From: a virus
Taxonomy: Duplodnaviria > Caudoviricetes
Reading direction: 5' to 3' (one strand)
DNA length: 64,000 nucleotides
Virus record (IMG/VR): IMGVR_UViG_2882253857_000001
Span: 1-64,000 of that record
Shown here: positions 57,566 through 64,000 of the stretch, one piece after another
How the letters are laid out: every line of letters starts with the position of its first letter
How positions within the stretch are numbered: position 1 is the stretch's first letter
The notes under the pieces: model-generated
The model's input: the letters and a program-made list of their open reading frames with translations, nothing else
Databases searched by the model: none
What the model was told of the DNA's origin: nothing
Translations under genes and position numbers: made by a program

Positions 57566-58486
57566 ATGCTATTCAAATTCGCGTTGACTGAGTTTAAAGC
57601 AGACCGAGAATATCGAAATGTGAGTGATCGTACTCTAACTGCGTACATGAATCAGTTGAATGAATTTCATCAGTATTGTGTTAATCATGACGTGGTGAAT
57701 CTGGAGGATTGTACAGCATCATTCATCAAACAGTATTTACTCCATTGTAAGGAGAAAGGCAACAACCCAACAACGGTAAATACAAAGTTACACATCTTAA
57801 AAATCTTCTTCAATTACTTTGAAACTGAAATGGAAGTATTTACTCCCAAGACTAATCCCACTAAACGGATAATCTTTGCCAAAGAAGAAATCAAAATCGA
57901 GGTATTTTCAGACGCACATATTAAACAGATGCTTAGATATTACCAATCCCTTAAATATCGGGATAAATCGCTTTACGCTTATCGAGATTACTTTATGATT
58001 ATCTTTTTACTTGGTTCTGCTTGTCGTATCGGTGAAACTGCAAATCTTAGGTGGAAAGATGTTGATCTCGTTAATCAAATCATTACCGTCAACGGAAAGA
58101 AACGAATAGCTAGTAGTATTCCTATGTCGGACAAGTTAAAAGCAGAGTTTTTAGAGTATCGACTGTTTATTGATCAACACTTCCCTACAATGCCCGAAAT
58201 GGTGTTTACAAATCGAGACGGAAAACCATTAACCGATAATGCAATTAAGTGCATTTTCAAGCATCTAAAGGCAATCATGAACTTTAAAGATGTTCGGCTT
58301 AGTGGGCATACGTTTCGCCACACAGCAGCGCATAGAATGTTGATCGCAGGTGCAGATGTTGGCACAATACAGAAGATGCTACGCCATTCTAACGTTAGCA
58401 TGACGCTAAGATATTTCTCTTTATGGGGAACCGCATTGGCAGAGCAAAACGAAAAGTTTAATGCATTAAATTCATTTGACCTATGA
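57566..58486 (+). CDS. Tyrosine recombinase/integrase
   Basis: SAM-like N-terminus, CRIGE, HTFRH, MLRH, RY; start reassigned to ATG 57566. Confidence 0.92.
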   Translation: MLFKFALTEFKADREYRNVSDRTLTAYMNQLNEFHQYCVNHDVVNLEDCTASFIKQYLLHCKEKGNNPTTVNTKLHILKIFFNYFETEMEVFTPKTNPTKRIIFAKEEIKIEVFSDAHIKQMLRYYQSLKYRDKSLYAYRDYFMIIFLLGSACRIGETANLRWKDVDLVNQIITVNGKKRIASSIPMSDKLKAEFLEYRLFIDQHFPTMPEMVFTNRDGKPLTDNAIKCIFKHLKAIMNFKDVRLSGHTFRHTAAHRMLIAGADVGTIQKMLRHSNVSMTLRYFSLWGTALAEQNEKFNALNSFDL

Positions 58487-58665
58487 CAAATCACCATCCC
58501 ATAAACGACAAAACATTAGTTTTACTCAAAATACTGTCTCAGCAAACCTCAACGCTACTAAAGGAGTATCAAAGCTCATCATTAGACCGCAAAAGGGCTA
58601 TAATGTACGAAATTGAACGTTTGCGAATGAAACGAGAATCACTTATTCAAACCAAACTAATTTAA
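58483..58665 (+). CDS. Hypothetical protein
   Basis: ATGA-coupled to integrase. Confidence 0.45.
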   Translation: MTNHHPINDKTLVLLKILSQQTSTLLKEYQSSSLDRKRAIMYEIERLRMKRESLIQTKLI

Positions 58666-58681
58666 GAGGAGAGATTTAACT

Positions 58682-58996
58682 ATGACAACTTTAAAAATGA
58701 CGTTTGATGTAAAGAAAATGGATGACATGAACGCTGAGGAAATGAATCAATTACTCTTCAACACTTTAGACGAAGGGAAGCATGGATTACTCCTCTTTGT
58801 TTATCATATGGCTGGTAAGACAATGTTTGAGGATTATAATTTTTACATTCGTAATGATAAAGCTGCTAAAGACTTTATTGATAATATTTGGGACGGAAAT
58901 TTTGAAGACTTTAAAGGGAATATGCAACGCTATGTTGATAAATACATCTATTCAGTCGATGAAGTGGAAGAGGATTATTCACACCTGATTAATTAA
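58682..58996 (+). CDS. Acidic hypothetical protein
   Basis: GAGGAG RBS; terminator hairpin at about 59011-59046. Confidence 0.65.
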   Translation: MTTLKMTFDVKKMDDMNAEEMNQLLFNTLDEGKHGLLLFVYHMAGKTMFEDYNFYIRNDKAAKDFIDNIWDGNFEDFKGNMQRYVDKYIYSVDEVEEDYSHLIN

Positions 58997-59050
58997 CTCA
59001 AAATAAATTAGTAGAGGGTAGTCCATAATCGGGCTGCCCTCTTTCTACGC

Positions 59051-60208
59051 TTAATAGAGTCCCTTAATTCGTATCCGTTGCCATGTTGATATGCGTGGAT
59101 CGTCTACAGATGTTGTGAGTAGTTGCATATAAAACATATCACTTTTAGCCGTAATTGTAATTGCATTGCCTGATATTGCAGATGTATATTTTGTTGTACT
59201 AACAGTAGATGTTTTATCGTCTGCGAAAACTTGGAATGTTACTGCATTGCTTGTAGAGACATCACCATCATAAATAGTTCCTGTAAATGTTACTGATGTA
59301 TTAATAGTGATATAGAAATAGTCATCTGTCTTGTTGTTGGGTTTGCTTGATGTAATTACAATCGTCTTAACCTCTGGGATATCCTCAACACTAATATCGA
59401 CTGTATCGTATATGAAGCCATTACTGGCATTTGTGACGGTTATAGTGACATTCCCATCTGCTAGTCCACTAACAACCCCTAAACCGTCTACAGTGGCAAC
59501 AAAAGCGTCTGACGTTGTGAATGTCACTGGTGCATTATTTGTACTCGTCCAATTCAATTGAAACGTGCTCCCAACAAATACACTAATAGGGTTACTGTTC
59601 GTTACGTTAATAGGACATGCTTTCCCATTAGCAATATTATGTTCTACATCATCTAATGCGGGATTAATTTGTGTTCTCTCACAAGTCAGAATAGCAATCC
59701 CAGGTTGAGTAAAAGTGTCATTCGTAACTATTTTAAATTTGTTCCCCTGAATCATAAATTCATCACCACTTATGACACTCAATTCCATTGTATGAATAGG
59801 AAGATATACAACTATCTTGTCTTGGATGAGTGTTAATACGGTTCCGTTTTTAAACGATGGATTACTATTTTCTATATAAGCAAATGCAGACTCAAACACG
59901 CACTTGTGACTGAATGTAATCTCATGTGGTAAAGGGCGTATAAGCCCCTTGTAGTGTCCGTAGCGCTTATCATTGACCTCACTGATAACCATATACTTAT
60001 TGCCGTTATAGTCAATCAGATCCCCCCGTTGAAGAGTCTCAATAGTAGATATCTTTCTATCATCATAATCTGTATTCAGATTCGTGCTAGTATTTGTTAT
60101 TGTTGCTTTTATTGGAGTGGGGCTGTTATTAACAGTTACGCTGCGACCTACATTATCAAGCATAAATTGAAAATTGGATTCGTTGTCTATATCGAATAGA
60201 TTGATCAT
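59051..60208 (-). CDS. Head-closure-like protein with Ig-like (Big_2) domain
   Basis: L.RGD.I...G..Y.VIS N-terminus; VTF.TSD..VATVD..GVV.G...G..TITVT. Confidence 0.7.
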   Translation of the reverse strand: MINLFDIDNESNFQFMLDNVGRSVTVNNSPTPIKATITNTSTNLNTDYDDRKISTIETLQRGDLIDYNGNKYMVISEVNDKRYGHYKGLIRPLPHEITFSHKCVFESAFAYIENSNPSFKNGTVLTLIQDKIVVYLPIHTMELSVISGDEFMIQGNKFKIVTNDTFTQPGIAILTCERTQINPALDDVEHNIANGKACPINVTNSNPISVFVGSTFQLNWTSTNNAPVTFTTSDAFVATVDGLGVVSGLADGNVTITVTNASNGFIYDTVDISVEDIPEVKTIVITSSKPNNKTDDYFYITINTSVTFTGTIYDGDVSTSNAVTFQVFADDKTSTVSTTKYTSAISGNAITITAKSDMFYMQLLTTSVDDPRISTWQRIRIKGLY

Positions 60209-60335
60209 ATTGTTATCCTTTCTTATTTTGTAGATTAATTACAAAAGAAAAAGAAGGTCATCCCGTTACCTAGCGGATTACACTAGGACAATAGGACACC
60301 TTCTAAATTTAGTGTATACTGTTTAAAATTAATGC

Positions 60336-60539
60336 TTAGAATTGTTTTCTTGTTTTGTTTCTAACGATGCCCATGATACTAATGATAATAGCCCCAATAA
60401 GAGCCATAAAAGGCAGTGTGGACAGGTTACCTAGTGTAAGCATCATTGTAGTAGATGCCAAGATACAAAGAACGTATAGACCATTTTTAACCATATGTAC
60501 CGCCCCCTTGAGGAATATTATGGATTTATTCAGTTGCAT
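60336..60539 (-). CDS. Small two-TM membrane protein
   Basis: Hydrophobic; true start probably MVKNG. Confidence 0.5.
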   Translation of the reverse strand: MQLNKSIIFLKGAVHMVKNGLYVLCILASTTMMLTLGNLSTLPFMALIGAIIISIMGIVRNKTRKQF

Positions 60540-60566
60540 TATATCATATATAATAGTTACTTTATA

Positions 60567-60911
60567 CTAATGATTAAACAACATAAATGTGCTCCCTTGT
60601 GTCCCTGAATCGCCATTAGAAGGTAACAGGCGTATCTTTTGATCAAGTTGATCAATTCGATTCTGTAGTGACTCTGCAAAGTCAGAAACAGTCATATCAT
60701 CGAGTTTACGGCTTGCCATGAGTTGCGGATTATTAGCAATCGCTTCTAGGCAGGAAAGAGCCGTTTGATATATGTAACGTTTACTATTATTAAATGCTGG
60801 ATTATACTCCTCTGTTGGTGATAGTGATGATTCTTCCAGGAAAATAGATAGTTCATCATCCGTGAACCCTGATTGTTGTATTTCGAGTTTTAAACGGTCG
60901 AGATTTGTCAT
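60567..60911 (-). CDS. Putative head-tail connector
   Basis: MT.LDRLK.E.....F.D.EL..FL.E; downstream of portal. Confidence 0.65.
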   Translation of the reverse strand: MTNLDRLKLEIQQSGFTDDELSIFLEESSLSPTEEYNPAFNNSKRYIYQTALSCLEAIANNPQLMASRKLDDMTVSDFAESLQNRIDQLDQKIRLLPSNGDSGTQGSTFMLFNH

Positions 60912-60969
60912 GTTTAATTACTCCTTTTTGAATTCTTGTTAAAGAAAAAACCGCCTTAATTGGCGGTCA

Positions 60970-61605
60970 TTAGTATGAAATATCAACAATTTGAAATTTC
61001 TTACTACTACGATTGTTATCGACAGTATAATATACTTTCTTATATATCTTTTCTCCAAGACCATTTGTTACTTCCATGTCATATAATAATTCAATTTGAT
61101 CATACGTATCTCCATATGTAAATTCAAATGAATCAGTCGATTCTCTTAGGATTTTTATCTCTGAATCACTTTTCTCACGTTCCTTATAGTATTCTAATTC
61201 TTGTTTTAAATAATCATTGAAATCTTTATACTTTTCTTTTCCATTGCCATAATTAACATCAATTTCATACATATCGTGATCCTTGGTATACGTTTTTAAG
61301 GGTTTTTCTTTATCAATTACTCTAATAAATTTATAGTCCAATACATTAATAAAATCATTGACCCCACTTTCTACATAATCATATGTGCTCTTACCTTGCT
61401 GAATTGCCTTTATGTATTTGGCTACTGTAATCTTTGCTTTGGCTTGTGTGGTCATAAAGTTATAATAATAAAGTGATCCACCCACAACTAAAATAACTAC
61501 AACCAAAAGAGAAATAATCTTGCTTTTATGCCTTATCAGTTTATCGATGGTACTTTCCTTAGTCTCTATAGTTTCGAAATCCACTTCCACATTCCTCCAA
61601 TTCAA
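60970..61605 (-). CDS. Membrane-anchored hypothetical protein (accessory)
   Basis: Single N-terminal TM; terminator AAAAACCGCC-TTAATT-GGCGGT. Confidence 0.65.
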   Translation of the reverse strand: MNWRNVEVDFETIETKESTIDKLIRHKSKIISLLVVVILVVGGSLYYYNFMTTQAKAKITVAKYIKAIQQGKSTYDYVESGVNDFINVLDYKFIRVIDKEKPLKTYTKDHDMYEIDVNYGNGKEKYKDFNDYLKQELEYYKEREKSDSEIKILRESTDSFEFTYGDTYDQIELLYDMEVTNGLGEKIYKKVYYTVDNNRSSKKFQIVDISY

Positions 61606-62270
61606 TATTTCCCATCATTCTACCATTTTCGATAATATAGGTCTATGAGATTAGTAAAATATCAGGTTAGTGGTCTGAAGTGTTTTTATTAATTTTGGTC
61701 ATCCAATTTTTATTTTTTAATTTTTCAAAATTAGTTCAGTTATGCAGAAATGGGTATGCTAGAGGCTCACTTTTTCGATTAGGGGTAGTCAACTTTCCCA
61801 CTCATTTCACCCTAATTCCTCCACAATATCCCACGATTATCTTCAACATACCTCATCATAATATGTAGAATAGTGCAAACTTCACCCCGAAATAACCTAT
61901 TTACTAGTGAATTGGATAATATTAGTCGATAATCAGACCACTAACTATATGATATAGTGGTCTAGTAGGTCTGATTTTCCTTGATATGACTAGGATTGAA
62001 GGGTAATTATATATAATGGAAGTAATATCCATAACTCGTGCATAACTGATATTATACACGGGTTTTTTATGCAGAAACAAAAAAGAAGAGGAGAAAAAAA
62101 TTGTAAAAAAACGAGAGTTTAAAAATGAATACATTGAAATATGTATTAAAGAACACAAATTGGTACCCGATACTAAATTTATATAATAACAAGAGCGCAT
62201 GATGCAACATAGTTCCCTAATTATTATCTCTAATGTTTCCTTACTCTTCCCTACTCATTAAGACTCTTGA

Positions 62271-63578
62271 TTACTTAGCTTTATTCTTATATACTCCATT
62301 TCCCTCACTGATAATCAAATCCATCTCACTTGCTACATCACTCACATATGGATTGTGCTTCAACACAGACTCTAAACTAATGCTATTCATTTCTCTCAAT
62401 GTCTGCATATTATCTATAATATCCTTTGCAGAAGAAGGCATTGCATACTGAAAAGTTATAGTTATGCTGTCCCATTGTTCATTTGTATACCTCATACCTT
62501 GTTTATCTAACAGCGTTCTAAACTTAGTCAATCTATCCTTTAATCCTTCTCTTATGTATCGCTCTGTCATCATGGCTTTAAGGTTAGCCACACTATATAG
62601 TAACTTCAATGATACTTCTGAAATGTTGGAAATCTCAGCACGTCCAAAGGCTACACTAGGCGTACCGCTCACATCCATCAATGACATAGTTAGATGGTTG
62701 TACAATGTTTTAAATGCTTCATGATCAAACTCATTATTTTCGAATTTGAAATCAGCATCGCTATCTAATGTTATCCCACCGCCTACAATTTCAGTAGGCA
62801 AAGCATCTTCACCAGTCAAACGTTGTCCTTTTACAACTGGAATACCAGTGATAAATTTGTAAAAGCCGTCCACTGACTTAGAAATCATGTCTTCCATACT
62901 GTCAATAATATTAATGTAATCCTCTAAATCACTACGTCCAAACACATCATCAATGGGGTTATCATTACGATACAATACAGGCAATCCAGTTAAATTTGTA
63001 TATGTCCCTCTATGCTTAATATCTCCACCGTTGTTGTAATACTTCTCAACTCGATCATTATAGTAAACATTCCAAAAACTAACATTGTTAACTGTGTAAC
63101 TCTCTACGAATCCAATGTATTCATTATCATCATCTACAACAGGATAAGAGTCCGCTGCATCAATCAATTTACTTTTGACTTTGCCATCCTTGATATATAC
63201 ATACTCCCAACTGTTACCGTATCTATATACGCTTTGGACAATATCAAAGTCTAGGTTCTCGTATCCATTCTTGTAAATGCTTTGAATTGCTGATACAACT
63301 TCCTTGTCTCCACTGTACGTAACGTTATTACCAACTAAATAAGCCGTAGCATAATCAATCAATCTGGAACCATATGAAAGCAATATCTTTCTGGGCATAA
63401 ATGGTTTACCGTTGAACATCTCAGGAGGTCTATTATTAATCTTATGCTGTCCTGCTAAATAGAGTTTTTTATCTATGATATCGTTAATCCTCATTTGATT
63501 CCTGGCATCATTCACGAAATCAACAAACCAATTACTACTGTATCGATTTTCATTAATAAACTGTTCAATACTACTCAT
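62271..63578 (-). CDS. SPP1-type portal protein
   Basis: YL.G.H.I, YL.GN.V.Y, G.SD.E, N.S.V.LK..Y, P......I, P.V.D...E. Confidence 0.9.
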   Translation of the reverse strand: MSSIEQFINENRYSSNWFVDFVNDARNQMRINDIIDKKLYLAGQHKINNRPPEMFNGKPFMPRKILLSYGSRLIDYATAYLVGNNVTYSGDKEVVSAIQSIYKNGYENLDFDIVQSVYRYGNSWEYVYIKDGKVKSKLIDAADSYPVVDDDNEYIGFVESYTVNNVSFWNVYYNDRVEKYYNNGGDIKHRGTYTNLTGLPVLYRNDNPIDDVFGRSDLEDYINIIDSMEDMISKSVDGFYKFITGIPVVKGQRLTGEDALPTEIVGGGITLDSDADFKFENNEFDHEAFKTLYNHLTMSLMDVSGTPSVAFGRAEISNISEVSLKLLYSVANLKAMMTERYIREGLKDRLTKFRTLLDKQGMRYTNEQWDSITITFQYAMPSSAKDIIDNMQTLREMNSISLESVLKHNPYVSDVASEMDLIISEGNGVYKNKAK

Positions 63579-63599
63579 ATAATTATCGCCCCTTATCGT

Positions 63600-64000
63600 C
63601 TATACGTACCACTTATTAGCCTTCTTAGCCTGAATACACAAACCATGAGAGATAACCAAATCATCATGATTGTTCCTGCCACCTTTATTGCCTGTTTTAC
63701 CTTTTGAATCCTCTATAAACAATTGCATTTGCTGTAATGTCTCTTGACTGTTAATTAATATGTATCCACGTTCAAAGTTCTCTTTTAAATCGCTAATCAT
63801 AATACTTTTGGTGACCTCAGTAGTGAGCCATCCTAGTATCAATTTGCGTTTACCTCTATTATCAAAAGTCTTATGCTTATATAAATTCATATATTGATAA
63901 TCTTCACGTAATCTCTGGATAACTGGCAATCCATAACTATTCTTTTCGATTGCCAAATAAGCGTAATTATACAGTCTGCCTACTATATTCAGGAACTCGG
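63600..64000 (-). CDS. terL: Terminase large subunit, C-terminal part
   Basis: A...IE.N.YG, GW.TT..TK, HDDLVIS; frame open to window edge. Confidence 0.85.
   Translation of the reverse strand, partial: EFLNIVGRLYNYAYLAIEKNSYGLPVIQRLREDYQYMNLYKHKTFDNRGKRKLILGWLTTEVTKSIMISDLKENFERGYILINSQETLQQMQLFIEDSKGKTGNKGGRNNHDDLVISHGLCIQAKKANKWYV

Larger units (their letters stand above)
57431..64000. mobile_element. Second integrated phage-related element (truncated by window)
   Basis: Own integrase, terminase, portal, neck genes; more AT-rich. Confidence 0.85.

Noticed and set aside
60251-60304. Branched hairpin as a possible ribozyme
   Set aside because: No ribozyme core matched; followed by a U run on minus, so probably a terminator

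Overview
Most of the window (about 1-57430) is a near-complete temperate siphophage prophage of a Paenibacillus-like Firmicute host; its left end lies beyond coordinate 1. Read right to left, it has an integrase, an ImmA-type protease and a repressor on +. A long minus-strand operon follows: cro, xis, a ParB-like CTPase, an ORF6C protein, recombination and replication genes (including a phage-borne beta clamp), many small ORFs, a late activator, packaging/head, tail and lysis genes, and an accessory left arm. The prophage ends at a 3' fragment of tRNA-Val(GAC) (57384-57430). A second element follows directly, with its own integrase, terminase, SPP1-type portal and neck genes but no visible tail. 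Strongest signals: (1) an orphan ParB-like gene with an 18-bp palindrome placed about every 8-14 kb across the prophage, including inside parB; (2) a defence-like operon after the lysis genes with an A9G slippery site whose -1 frame fuses genes 2 and 3; (3) a pseudoknotted hammerhead ribozyme right after a 27-aa membrane peptide gene; (4) a tRNA-like RNA with a pseudoknotted insert heading the late transcript. All calls are by eye; no searches were run.
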